DNA of 60,465 bases, the filler included, from Sphacelaria rigidula (taxonomy: Eukaryota), in NCBI GenBank assembly GCA_964200075.2. It is 8 parts of 8 records of this genome, joined end to end, with 100 filler letters (N's around TTAATTAATTAA, not from the genome) between each part and the next. Parts side by side here need not be neighbours in the genome. Positions count along the whole stretch, not along the records: positions 1 to 7,471 come from CAXNAA020014775.1; positions 7,572 to 15,042 come from CAXNAA020014776.1; 6 more parts are not named here. One strand, 5' to 3'. The translations under genes and the position numbers were made by a program. This document shows positions 1-13,122 of this stretch, one piece after another. Within the stretch, counting starts at the first letter, position 1. Each line of letters opens with the position of its first letter. The notes under the pieces were generated by a model. It had not been told where the DNA came from, made no database searches, and worked only from the letters and a program-made list of their open reading frames with translations.

Positions 1-294
1 GTGTCGTCCTTATTTGTGGGTTTGCTTGAGCGTTTCACCAGTGAGCACGGGCCCCGTTGGAGGGGGGAGAGGGGGGGAGAGGGAGGGGGTATTACAACGG
101 AGGTACAATTGTGACGCGCGATGATACAGCACATACCCTTCTTTTCACGAGAGAAGACGGCTCATGCGTGCGTGAGAACCCTTCTGGTAACACATGAATC
201 GCTGTGCATGTTCGTCGAACCTTCTTGTTCCATGTACAGCGGGTGTGCTCAATCTCGGATTTGTAGGGATGCGAAGTCAATGGTCTCATGCCTA

Positions 295-841
295 CAGTAG
301 TGGGCGATCTATCTATTCATTTTGTGGCATTTTGTGATTTTTTCGTAATTGGTGATTTTCTTGGGCTCTTTTCGCTTGCCACCGCTGATCGCGTTGGGAA
401 CCTAAAGATATTTGTATCCGCTTCATATTGCAAAAACAAAATCCTTTGCTCTCAATATTGAGTGACGTACGGGCTGACCGGTCATCGGGGGTCCTGCCAC
501 GTTTCAGCCCAGATTCTTACCCTTCGATATTTTCGGTCGATCGAGCCTGTTTCGATCATATTTGTGAAGAAATGTACAGCTTTATTTTTCCGAAATTATA
601 CCTATTCATTGCACTAGAGCCGAAAAACTGTGTTTAACGGTCAATAACATCCTCCTGAAAAACGGGGGTTTCACTCGTATTGCCCGATAACACCAACTAA
701 TACTGACTGAGGCACTGTGTTTCGTGGATGATTCTTTATTGCACCAAAATTTACTGACGCTAGCAGTTTCGAGTCCTATCGAAGAGTAGTACGCAAGGAA
801 AACCCCCGAACACCCCTGAATAGTTAGACCGCCCACTACTG
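295..841. mobile_element. Tc1/mariner-type MITE (547 bp), TA target-site duplication (TSD)
   Basis: Terminal inverted repeats (TIRs) CAGTAGTGGGCGATCTATCTATTCA / TGAATAGTTAGACCGCCCACTACTG, flanked by TA at 293-294 and 842-843. It interrupts a short repeat whose empty form is at about 44835-44895 (reverse strand). Confidence 0.8.
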
Positions 842-3800
842 TACGGCATGCAAGATCATGAGTACACCCCCTTCCCTTCACATAATATCGACAGAGACGG
901 TAAACTGCGTGTGAAGACTCGTACGTTTCATGTCGCTACGCCAAATAAACAAATTTGGGAGCCAACTTATTCTGGCGTATTCGCAAACGGAACAGTAATA
1001 CGCGAATGAGAAAGTAATACTTTTAGGACAAAACCTCGGCGACCAGCTTTGATCATCGATGTTGCCAACATGTTGCCGCATATTGGCAACTTTGAACGCA
1101 GTCAGAAAGTGGGAATTTTCAAAGCTCAGTCAAGTGCATACAGACCTGGCAGCTAGACGACTGTCGATCTTGGACGCGGGTGTTTCCATGCGCGATGTGT
1201 CCTTACTCCGACCTGCCGTTGGTGCAACCCTTGACTTGGACGAGACCCTGTGCGATGTTTTTCGGATTTTCACGAGAAAACAATAAACACAAATCGTTTC
1301 ATGTAGTGCTATATATATATATATATATATATATTATCGAAAGCGTGGAACACTCGACCAAGTTTAGTACTCCGAAATATTCACGGTAAAAAGGGAATAT
1401 GTGGCATATGTAGTAGCATCGTTTTAATTTGAACGTCCGGTCTGATGATGCTTGCGTTGCTTCAGGTGTAGTATTACAGAACTATATAAAAAATTGTAGT
1501 TATGTATGTGTAAAATAACATCACTTCTCATGGGACCGAAAATTATACTCTGACCCAAGTGCATAGTTGGCCCTTCGGCAAAGTTGCTGCATACGGAGAA
1601 GCGGTCAGGCAGATATTTCTAGACTTGCTGCGCTCTCCGAGAGGATCCAAGCACACTTTAACAATCTTCGATGCGAGCACTGTTTGACGTCGATACTTAG
1701 AAGAAACAAAAAACAAACTTTCGAAATCGAAATTTCCTTTCCGGATCACAGAACTGCATGTAAAGATGCATGCACTTTCGTCGATTGGGGAAGGTTTGCC
1801 CGATTTGGGACGTTTTTGTTGTTGTTGACCTAGAGTCAAAGCGCACACATCAAAAACTGCCAAGGTGTGTCGGGATCCTCCCAGAGAGTAGACCGAGTAA
1901 TTCCAAGGAGGCATTATCCGCCTGGCCGTTTTTGCTCGCGAAAAACGATGGCAAGAGAGTAAAATTAGCACTTTACTATTAGTTTGTTTTTTTGGTCTCA
2001 TGAATCGTTCTGATATATATGTACATGTATCATTTCACATGTTTCACCACTTTTGCCGAGTTTTCTCTGGCGACAAAGCATTTTTTCCCGCGCTTTCTAA
2101 AGCAGCGCACTAAGAAGGCTCAGCGGTACATTACCGTTCAGGTTTGGGTGTCACCTGACACCTGTGGCGCATGTTCTGGCCACCGAAAGTCGCTTTAAGT
2201 GGCCCGTTTTCGCGGGGTGTCGATCCCGAACGACAAAAGCCATTTCAAGAGAACGGAAAACTTGAAACAAGAACCCGAACTACAAAAGCCTGTTGAAGAT
2301 CATGGAAATCTTCGAACATGATTACTTTTGGCGGGGTATTTTTTCCCAGTGCTTCTCTTTGTCGCGTTTTCGTTAATTTGGGAGCGCACGAACACACCGG
2401 TTATGCCGTCAATGTCACGCGAACATGAAAGCAAAGCAGTTGAAAAAAATTGAACATTGTCTTGGCCTTGGTCAGCAGCAAGCGCGAGACCGTGCAATGA
2501 GCCGTGGGCAAGTTGAACAAGGCACAGCAGCACGGCAGCACAGGAATATTTTGCCGCAAACAACAATCACTCTGTCTTAAAAAAGGGCCCGGTGATGTAG
2601 GAGCCACAGTGATGTACACAGAACATGCCAAGAATGTTCCATGCATTCCAATATTTCGGGAAGTGTCTCCCGCGATCATGTCGTTGTGGCACGAGAGCTA
2701 CTTCGCACTCTGGCACCTCGGAAATACCACACATGTCCTACGCCGGCGGTTCCGCCGTCGGCCTACGTCCGAATTCCCATATTTCCGAACGGTATCCGAT
2801 AACACATGTGATGTTTTGTACAGCCACAATCACTACTGTACATTATGATACACCATCCTCTCTTAACCATATATTCTCGACTTGTGTCACCCCAGAGAGG
2901 CCCGTACCGACCTCCCGAAGGGGAACCTTGTATATGTATATCATTTCCGGGTATCGTTTTCAGACAAAATACGTGAGATGAAATGGACAACATAATCTAT
3001 GGATAACAACATCGCAAACAAAAAACGTGTATGGCGTGTGCTAGATTCCTGCCCTCCGCGGACCACCTTTGATATAAATGTATGCATATATGATGCATAT
3101 CATATCATGTCTCATACCGTACAAATTACAACATATCGCACCACATTATAGATCAACAGCATGACAATACTGTACAAGCACCCCTTAAACAATTGTGAGA
3201 GATTGAAATGGTAGGCCAGGTCGATGACACTAAAAGGTTGCGTTACAATCTGTTTCGATTCTAAACGTGTTTTTTCCATGCACGTTTCTGTAAATAGATA
3301 TACGTATGTTCTTTGAACGACGAAATCATGACATTCACGTACTTGGTGAATCTGATCCGGCGTTTCTGCAGCACCTAAAAGCATGAGATATGGAATGGTC
3401 AGGCAAACATGTTTCGCCTCTCTGAAGCAGAAACGAGGGGCTCCCTTCAAAGCGACTCTCCAGCTTCAAGTTCAGCACTACCACCGTAGCATCTTTATTT
3501 TCCATCATCCCACTTTTTTCATGTCTTTTTGGACATCTAGTATTCAAACTTTGAACAAAATATTTTCGGTTGGACGAGATGTTTTACAGGTTTTTCGGTT
3601 ACCACGACTCATTACGGTTTCTGTATTTTTCCAAGAGACACGAGTTCACGACGCAAGTTTCGACAAAAGAAAAATAATTTACGATCAATTTTGAAGAAGA
3701 GACGGACTTGAGGGTCTTTGGAGATCCTACGGTTCTTAATCTTCGATCTTTTCACTCGACCAAACCGACCCGAATCTATCTAATGAAGAATTATATGTCT

Positions 3801-5208
3801 TCATTTTTCTCTTGTTTCTCGATATCCATTGCGCTATCACCAAAAAAGGGGTGTTTTGGGATCATATGCGGTCGACAAGCCCCTCTCGATGAACAGGGTT
3901 TTACTCCGTATCATTCGAACAACACAAAATTGGGAAATGTAGTCTGAGGACGACCTACCTCTTTTTCCAACAACTATCGACTCTCTTATTCTGAAGTGAA
4001 GGTGACGAATTGTCCGTGAGAGAACCCCGATTGAGTGAATACCATGCTGTAGGGGTTGATTACTCTATCTCGTTGGTCGTGATGTAGGGATTCAACGAAA
4101 ACACACGCGCTTGCATTTCAGAACAAAGGAGAAAGCAACACACCGGCCTGCAAAAAAGTCTCGTATCTAACTCCTGCTCTGCTCCAACTGATTTGTCGCA
4201 CTTACACATATAAAACATTATGCCCATTAATTCACTGTCGGCCTCGGACCCTGCAAACCAGAAGTTCTAGGTGTTTCCGTTTTGGACAGCCGAAAAGGAA
4301 CACGAATACACCGAGACTGGGGGATGACGGTAGTTTTCGTATATAATCGAGAGACCCACCATTTTTCGAATCTTAGCATTACTGCTTGCATCCTCTGTTG
4401 TCGTCCGAAATAGTACTACGACGTGCTGTCAACGGCACGCGGCATTTTTGCCCAAACACAACACGAAAGTATTCGTGCTCTCTCCCTCTCCGATACACAC
4501 ACACGCACGTACCCGAGCGTGAGACTTCCAACGCTCTTGCTGATATGCGGTAACGTCCTTCCAAACGCACCCCCCCCGCCAGTCAGATCTGTGGCGCTAG
4601 TTCCGAGAGCCGAGCCAGCTCCAGAGAGTGACGGTAATCCTGACCCTGAAGATGGCGGTAAAGGTTACATTAGGCGACGCGACGAGGGGGCCACGGTTGG
4701 TTCGTGTCGACGCTAATACTACCATGTTTTGTATGGGGAAGGGGCGCCCCACAATGTACGATGTACAGCTGATTGAGGTCGTTCTACGATAGCTTCCCCC
4801 CCCCCAAATTAGTCGCTGGTTTGGGGAAGCAAAATGTACATGTAAACTGGCATGAAAAAACCGAGCACAACGAGCGGCTGGGAAATCCCAAGCTTGGATT
4901 TGGTTTCGCCAATGTCGCCCATATGAGACGCTTCAGGCAGCCTGAAAGCCAACATCAGGCGCTGTACGATTATCTTCTTCGTGACCGTTGTGCGCTGGTT
5001 TTTTAATTTGGGGGGATAACGTGGAAAGACTCATTGATTGATTGATCGGTTGATTGATGCACATGAGTTTGTCGCCGCGCCCCCGTGGTCTCTGTCAGAA
5101 CAAAGAAAAAAGGGGTACCAGAATACACAGAATTGTCCTTGCGGTAACAGAGAATACTACTCATAGTGTAGGATCATGTGGGCTATCCAAGCAGAAACGG
5201 GACGTGTT

Positions 5209-5501
5209 GGAGGAGGAGGAGGAGGAGGAGGAGGAGGAGATGAGGGAGGTGAGTGGAGGTGAGATGAAAACGTTCGGTACTCCGGAGAATGGCAAGGGAA
5301 CGATGGCTATACTAGGAGATAGGCGGTGGTCACAACGGGCGAAACGGGAAGGGGATAGAATACGTAAAAGGTTCTTGTGTAATGTATGAAAGATACGTAA
5401 TGAGCGCCCAAATATGGGGCGTGTCCCTATTGGAGGAACGGTGCTCCGTCTCGAAAGGGATGCGTGGTCAATGGTGAAATGACCAAGGTAAGCAGCAAAT
5501 G

Positions 5502-5550
<49 letters not shown>
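5209..5550. repeat. (GAG)n and (CA)n microsatellites
   Basis: (GAG)n at about 5209-5239 and (CA)n at about 5505-5550. Confidence 0.9.
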
Positions 5551-5552
<2 letters not shown>

Positions 5553-7471
5553 CTGTGGTCGAAGTCGTAGATACAGCTAGGAACGATATAGAAAGGGATC
5601 GAGCAGGAGCGAAGATGATAGAAGGATGGCCACATACATTACGGTCGTCTAAACGCGGAGCTCGATTACTGACGGGCACAATACGAGGTTGCGGTTTCCT
5701 ATCAAACATTTTTTCATGTCGCAAAAGAGAATCTGCGTGAACACAAATCAGCACGCATACGGTGGAATATATGACTCAGTTACGGCATGCTACATAGTTC
5801 ACTTGGTTGTGATTGACAATATACTCTGGTTCAACGTACGTACAGGAATTATCGTGTTTTGTTACACCTGGGTATTATGGCCTATTCTGACGTTCGCATG
5901 AAAGTAGGCTACTGCACGATTTACCATTGCGAAAATTATGGATATCTTGTTTCTTTCTCATCTCTCCTATTTTTCTGCGTGTAGTGTTTCCCTCGGATGG
6001 CGAATGACAAAAGGGCGGCGAAGACCCTCTCGTGCCGTGATCTACTACCCTACTCTCTGACGCCCCCCCCCTCCCCATCATGAGTACACCCCCCCCCCCC
6101 ATGTTGTTGTTGATGTCGATACTATCCGATGGCGAAGATACAGGAATACCATTAATTCATGTCTTCGGAATGGCATGATACCTTTTTTTTTTATATTTCA
6201 TACACTCTACGATAAAGTTGAAAAGAAAGATCGAAATGGCATGGTACAAAAGAAACACACAACATGAACGTCAACCTGCGATGTCTCTGGCATTACCTAA
6301 GCGTTTTCGTCCCGAGGTTCCACGGGTGGCCCTCACCGCAACGGTCATTCCCGTAGATGGTATTTCCATGGTCTTGTTTGCCAGTTGATCACCCCAGTCC
6401 TGGTTCTCTGGTGGCACCTGGAAGCGGTACGCATATCCGGCTTGAATTTAATCCCTAAAGCGCGCATCATGTATGAGCCCATCTGTTGAATCGGTATTAC
6501 GTTCATTCGAAAATCGAAGGGCCGATTTCGTAATCCGTCCGCCGGGGCTTCCTTACAGTGGGTCAAATCCTACTATAAACTGCGGTCATTTTCGGAACGT
6601 TTTCGTGCGTTGATTTCTACACGCGTTTTTTTTTCGGTTCTGCTTCTGTCGCCATACCATGATATTGTGTAAGCACAACCACACACACACATTTCTCGAA
6701 TACATGGTACGCCAACCCCCCGAGGTGATGATGACGGAGTCGACGAACGTGACTGTATGCAGAACAGGGACTGCGTTAGTGGAGGACTACCGTAAACTCT
6801 TCACGTCTGACCCGTGCAGTCGTCGCAAGCTTACGAGCTTGAAATGGGAAAAATAAGTAAATAGTATCTCCGTCTGACGCCCACGTTTGTAGTTTTCTGT
6901 TCAGCAGGACGAACTTTCGGTCAGAATAGTTCCTTTGAATCTACATATGACCTCTTCAGCACCACGTGTGCAAGCTTCCTCAAGTTCGTGCCCGTGTCCT
7001 TGTTTTTCCCCGGCCGATATACCCTTGAACTTGTCACGACACGTTGCGGTTACCTGGATCATTCTTTGTTGCTTTTTCATCACTGGTCTCTTAAGGTATT
7101 CGTGATGCTGCAGCACCTTCCGCGATAATCGGTGCGTTTATGAAAAAAAGAATTTTAGAGACGCATTTTCGGTCAGCTTCTGATGAAACCAGATTCGGCA
7201 CTTCTTCAATCCTGTAAGCAATTTGTCTAATTGGTGTTGCAGCGTACGTATGCATGTTTGTGGTATCCTGGCCGCATCGAGTTTCGGAGGATATGCATGT
7301 GCGATGCCCGTTGAAAAGGTAGGAAACAACACGTGCCTATCTATGAACATCTGCTGAAATACGGTGGATGACGGGGTACATCACCCCCCCCCCCCCCCCC
7401 CCGCCGCCCCGCCCCCCCGCCGCCCCCCCGCTCCCCCCCCCCCCCCCCCCCCTCCCCGACGCCCCCTCACC

Positions 7472-7571
7472 NNNNNNNNNNNNNNNNNNNNNNNNNNNNN
7501 NNNNNNNNNNNNNNNTTAATTAATTAANNNNNNNNNNNNNNNNNNNNNNNNNNNNNNNNNNNNNNNNNNNN
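7472..7571. other. Artificial 100-bp contig spacer (first of seven)
   Basis: 44N-TTAATTAATTAA-44N. It recurs at 15043-15142, 22614-22713, 30185-30284, 37756-37855, 45326-45425 and 52896-52995. Confidence 0.97.
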
Positions 7572-10500
7572 ACGACCAGAAAAGGTGGTCGGGAAAGCAC
7601 TGTCCACGTGGATGTCGAAGATCACGAGGTCAATGGTCATCCAATTAGGATGTTTGATTGTGCCGGCCAGGTGAGACATTCTGCTCCTATCGGCACGTTC
7701 ACGTGATGTGTCGATGCATTTTTCCATGTGGAGTCACTGTCCCTGATGTTCTTGGGCTCACATCGCGATCAGCTATGGCCGAGTTACCGTCGATGCCTCG
7801 GTCTTGACGGTAAGAAGCAGGAGCCCACGGGCGAATCCGTTGAAGTTCGGTATCATGTCGAGAACGCATCACTCCTGCTAAGTCATTGCCACAAAGGCTT
7901 CCGCCCTCAAACACCGAATGGTGTACGGGATGAATCTGTATCCGGTAGTTCGATTCACTACATTCGGCATTCACCTGACCCTCTCCTTGCGTCTTTGATC
8001 GTCCACTGTCACCATTCGAAAGGTTGCCTACTATGGACTGCTTCAGCTGTTCCTCACCCCTCGTTCTTTATACCTCTTGGTATGGGATGCGGAGAAAGCC
8101 TGCCAGATGAACGAGTTGGACCTTGAAGACCTTGGCATTGCTCCGTGGCTGAGGTATTTGACTTTCCGTGTGCCGGACGCAGACGTGGTTCTTGTGGGTA
8201 ACAAGTGGGACCGTGTCGAAAAGGCCAAGCGCGGAGTAGTGCTTGACGTGGAGCATGAGAGTCGCGAAATACTAGGTTCCTGGAGAGCGAGGGCAGACGG
8301 ATATCGGCCTGGCAGACTGACACTGGAAGAAGGCGTCAGTTGTGTGAGCTGTGCGTGGTCCGTCCCAGGCGTACTGGCATCGATTGGTCTGAGAACGGGC
8401 TGGCCCTGCGACAAGAGCATGCCGGGGCTTTTTCATCGCATTGTGCATATGCCCAGCCAAGTCGGCGATAGTACGGCTGCAGTCGGTGACACGAGGGCTG
8501 TTACGATGTGTATTCCGCAGAGCTATCAATGGGCGCTAGAGATGCTCGAGGAGCTGGCGTTATCCAGTAGGTGAGGTCATTGCGGCCATGTCCATGTCGC
8601 AACTCCGTGCAATTCATGCGATCGTGAAAATATTTCAGTAAACATGCACTGACACGAAGCTTCTCTCGTTCTTGTTGTGGTTTTCGACATCGCGCAACAG
8701 CCTCGAATGCACCTACCCATGCAACTGTGGATGGTGCATTTTTGTGTTGATCTGTCGCATCTGATGGATTCACGGAGTTGTCACCTTGACTGACTGCACC
8801 CGTGTTTCATGTAGGCGTGGGGCCGAACAGCAAACCCCCGGCATCATACCCCAAGGCGCCACAATCTCCGGCATCACTAGAGAGGACTTGGATATAAAGT
8901 GGCAAAAGAAGGTGGATGAGCTGATGGAAGATGGAATGAAGGTTGAAGACCCAGAAGCGGCCATGTCCGGTGCCATCTTGATCAGGTGAGTTCGATGTCG
9001 GCTTCCGTGGATTTGGGGGGTGAAATCAGGGAAAGTGACGATTTCGGTGAGCGCTGTAAGCTCACAGAGTCGGTGAAATGCGCTAAAGAAGTATCTTCCG
9101 AGATTGAGGGCCCGGCTTCGTGTCCTGCAATCCCACTGTCTGCAGGAAGTGGGAGGGAGGACTGGTCGAGTACGGCACCTACATCTTTCTCGACGTTGAA
9201 TGGTTTGCCAGAGTTCTGGACCCATTGTTCAGTCACAAGCGTGATTCAAAGCACAAGGTTAGTCTTGGGGGCAAGAGGGTGAAGAACGAAGCGAGCTTGG
9301 ACCGACTGAACAGAGATCATATTTTGGAGCGGAGACTCGCTGAAGAGTTGTGGGGCACAGATGTCGTGCAGGAACTCCTCTCGGCTTTGGAAAGTGCAGG
9401 ACTGGCGTTTCCCTTGCCGGGAGACGACAACGAGGGTTTGGCTATTCCTCTACGCATGGGCACAGAACACCCACGAGGCTTTGATTCGAGGCTTGAGGAC
9501 GCATGCCGAGCCGGGGAACACGATCTTGTGCTCAAAGTTAAATGCGTGTTCAGAGCAGGGTTGCCCCCTGGCTTCGTTGAGCGTCTCCTTGTGCGGTGCT
9601 GCCACTTGGGTTTTCCGCACCCCGTCTGGCGATACGGAGCTCTGATAGTAGGTGAACGGTTGTTCTCACTGAGCCTAGAGTACTCCGAGGAGCAGAAGAC
9701 TCTTACAGTAGAGGTGCACGGAAACTGTAACGAGGTCCATGCATGGGCAACTCTGTCGAAGGTGCTCTCCGTCACGATCAAGATGCTGTCGGAGTTCCCT
9801 GGTTTACCGTGCAATCCCGCGTTCCTCTGCCCGCGACACGACGAAGAGGAAAACTGGATGCCCATCGTTGAAAATGTGAGCAAAATATAATGTGGGTTTG
9901 TTGGAAAGTCCAAATTTCACTCTTGTCCAAAATACGTTGAAAGCGAACGAGTATGATCCAAATGACGTTGAATGCCGGCCAAAAAAAAAAAGCATGATGC
10001 GAATCGTGAATTGTACTGGTACGTGTTCGGTTATCAAATGTAGTGGGTACACACCACTGGGTTTCAGCGGAACGGACACGAGGATATCTACCAGTCTAAG
10101 CAGCGGCTTATCTACAATGCCCACTTCGTTCACACCCACCGCGCGTGCTGTCGCGGTGGTAGGCACGGCCTGGATCCCGTCTGGTCAAGGAAGGCGACGT
10201 CTGTAGAGCTTGTCCTGATCGTGAGGCGGGCAAGGAGTTTCTGGCAGTTGCTCTACAGGTGGTGGAATTCTCAGACAAGGAGTTCTTTGATGAACAACTT
10301 CGTGAGCAATTTGCCGAAAAGGCCGAGGAGGTGGATCTCGAGGGTCGTGTACCATGGCCGAGAAGCAACCGCGAGGTGGGGGGTCATCTGACTCATACAG
10401 ATGCTATCATGTCCCAGCGTTATGCAGTGCAAAATGTCCGTTTTTACATGTCCTTCACACCCCGAAATTGAAGGTTTGCTCACGCCCACGCGCATCGTCT

Positions 10501-11819
10501 CTTTCCCCGCCTCGCAACCAAAACGATTTTGCACAGATTTCGACTGATCAGGGATCCGTTCGTATCACTCGGAGGAACCAGGTATGTTGAACGTTCTCAA
10601 ATCACGTGCCGTATCACGCACGTACGAGCGAGTTGAAGTTGCAAGCATGAAGTAGGGGCCTTTCGGTCGCGTGAAATTGCAACCACGTACTGCGCAGCGA
10701 GAAAATGGCGCCTTGCCATGAAGGGATTATAGTCTTCGTCTAGAGTACGAGACCTTGATGCTTCCAAGATGTGAGCACGCTCACGCCTACATGAATCATA
10801 TAATAGTTGGACCTTGATGCTTCCAAGATGACCACGCTCACGCCTACATGAATCATATAATAGTTGAACCTTGATGCTTCCAACGTGTAAGCCCGCCCAC
10901 GCCTGCATCACTCGTGTGTTGCCGTTGTCACAACCAAACTGTTTCTGCACAGATTCCTGCTGGTCCACCACCAAACGAGGCCGAAGCACGCAGCGAGGTA
11001 TGATCGCTGTTGTGGTACCACGTACGGTACGAGGAATTCAATGATATACCTGCTGCTTACGGCATATATTTGTGCAACAGATGTCCGAATTTATTTCAAC
11101 TGCTGTTACTCCATGCAGGCAAATCATATTTCAATATGACACCCAACTTTGCCCGCACGTGGTCTGGGTGAACCCCGAGCACGGCGTTGTTCCTCCCGTT
11201 TCTGTCCTAACCATTTAGCTGTACTCCCGTAGCTCGAGTCGGTTGACTCTACCGCCGAAAGCACACTGGAAGGTGATAACAATCATCGCGTGGAATAAAC
11301 GCGCCTCATTAGAGCAATGCTACGAAAGGGATGCACATTTTTCGCGAAGTTTTGTCTGGTTCAGGAGCTCCCAACGATTCTAGACGCATAAGAATATGGG
11401 TCGAGGCATCTCCGTTTCCAGATTTATTCGGGATATCCCCCGCACATTGGAATAGTAATCCTGGCGTACTCTCGCATATTTTTACAGGTGGTGTTTAGGA
11501 TGAGATAGATGGCTCCCAACTTACAAAATATTATTGTACCCCTATCGTATCACTCATTGAGCAGTCGTGAATCCATTTGTTCAACATACAGGTCCGGACG
11601 CAACGGCATGAGGAGGTGAAGAAATGGCTGGTCGTATGCAGTGGGTCCTGTCTCTCCGTCTTTGCGGCCTTCCTTGGAACGGATAGTGGCGGCCCTTTTT
11701 TGTGGGGAGTGTTTCTGGGCTCTGGCATGTTGTTGTTGGGGGTGCTGTTCGTTTTGATTGTCAGAGAGGGGGAAACGACGAGGGCTGAAAACGAACGCCG
11801 AGGTGACGACCGTGTATAG
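7572..11819 (+). CDS. ROCO-family GTPase (ROC-COR), 5'-truncated, multi-exon, with putative C-terminal 2-TM tail
   Basis: Phase-compatible GT-AG exons: <7572-7670 (STVHVDVEDHEVNGHPIRMFDCAGQ, switch I/G3), 8023-8570 (VAYYGLLQLFLTPRSLYLLVWD...VVLVGNKWD, G4), 8815-8985, 9146-9875 (COR: IFLDVEWFARVLDPLF, LPPGFVERLLVR, WRYGALI), 10163-10375, 10537-10581, 10953-10997 and 11592-11819 (two hydrophobic segments, TAG stop). The P-loop and any LRRs lie before the contig start. The last three exons are less certain than the ROC-COR exons. Confidence 0.9.
10752..10910. repeat. Intronic tandem repeat, 57-59 bp unit, about 2.5 copies
   Basis: ACCTTGATGCTTCCAA...CACGCCT units start at 10752, 10811 and 10868. 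Confidence 0.85.
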
Positions 11820-13122
11820 ATTCTGCTACACTAATATGTAAGATGAAGGACAGCTCTCTCGCGTTGTCGCAACAGTAATGGATTGTAGCAGTGTTTGGCA
11901 TGGCTTTCCGCAGCATCTCCTCAGATGAGAGTGCCGAATGGCTCATGTGAGGGTGAGTACTACACGCGAGAATTCATCAAATGTAAGCAATCGGAGAAGG
12001 GTGGACGTGAGGTAGCAATAAGGGATGGGGGAGTTTTACGGCCAGGTGAAGACGTCATCAGGCAAGGAAGAGGAGAGAGTTCGCTCAATTGATTTGATTG
12101 ATGAATGATCTCACATTAGCTAATTGCAACAATCCAGCCCGTGGTCAGGGCAAGAAGCAAGAGCAGAAGAAGAGCAGGAGAGGAGTAGACAACATCCCAA
12201 CTCATCAGAAACAGGAAAAATTTAGAGAAGGATGAAAAATGATATAAATATTGAACGCAAATGTAGAGAAAGGAAAAGAGATGGATGAGGAGATGAAAAC
12301 GAAACAAACACAACGTTCCATGTATCTGGCGTAGACAATGATCGACGGTATGATGGGTGGGACGTCACGGCGTCCCAGCACTATCCTCGGTAGCATTAGC
12401 CGGTCGACAAAATCGTATGCCTTCGTGCGGTGGACAAATCATTCCATGGCCTTGACTTTCGACCGAGGAAAAGAACAGGAGAAAGTCTGAAGTGTAGGCA
12501 ATCGCCAAACGATGCGCAGGACTCGTTACAATCGGAAATGTCAACTCTTGGAGGGTGTCGCAGTGCAATGCCCACCCCACACCACCTCCCACCGATACTG
12601 GGGGAGATAGTCAAACTCGGCGATCTTACATCATTAAATAATGAGCGCAGGATGTCCTGGACTACGAGCTGTACCAGCCAAGAGTGGGCGCGAAACTCGC
12701 CCAGGCGATGCACGTCGAGACATGAGGAGTTGGACGGTGAAATTTTAGCAGCAGCGTTTTATGATCAAGATATACAAGATCACGTGAGCATCGACGTATT
12801 CATTGGAAATAAGGAAGTTATGAGCTGGGCCAGCCTAAATACAGATTTGAGCACTAGAAGCAACTCGTGACACAGACGGATTGGTTCGTGATCCGTATAT
12901 CTTTCTCTCAGGGTTACCTGATGATTATCTGGGGCAAAAATACAAATGTGCCGGTGGTGGTGGTCCGTCCCTTTTCAGTCGACGGGGCAAACCCTTGTAC
13001 TTTTGAAAATCAAGTGCCCTTCCCATTGAAACCCACCCCATTGAACATCTACAGGCACTGTTCCGAAGCACACGAACTTTCACGTCAGTTGGCCACCCCT
13101 GTGCTGAGTATGACCGTGGGCT

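Noticed and set aside
1-7471. LRR exons of the ROCO gene
   Set aside because: No LxxLxLxxN-type exons were recognised, and this segment is a separate contig.
7516-7527. TTAATTAATTAA as a biological motif
   Set aside because: It is a synthetic six-frame stop linker inside the N spacers.
11081-11118. Third ROCO micro-exon
   Set aside because: The acceptor is plausible, but there is no in-frame GT donor; a GC donor would give 38 nt and shift the frame.
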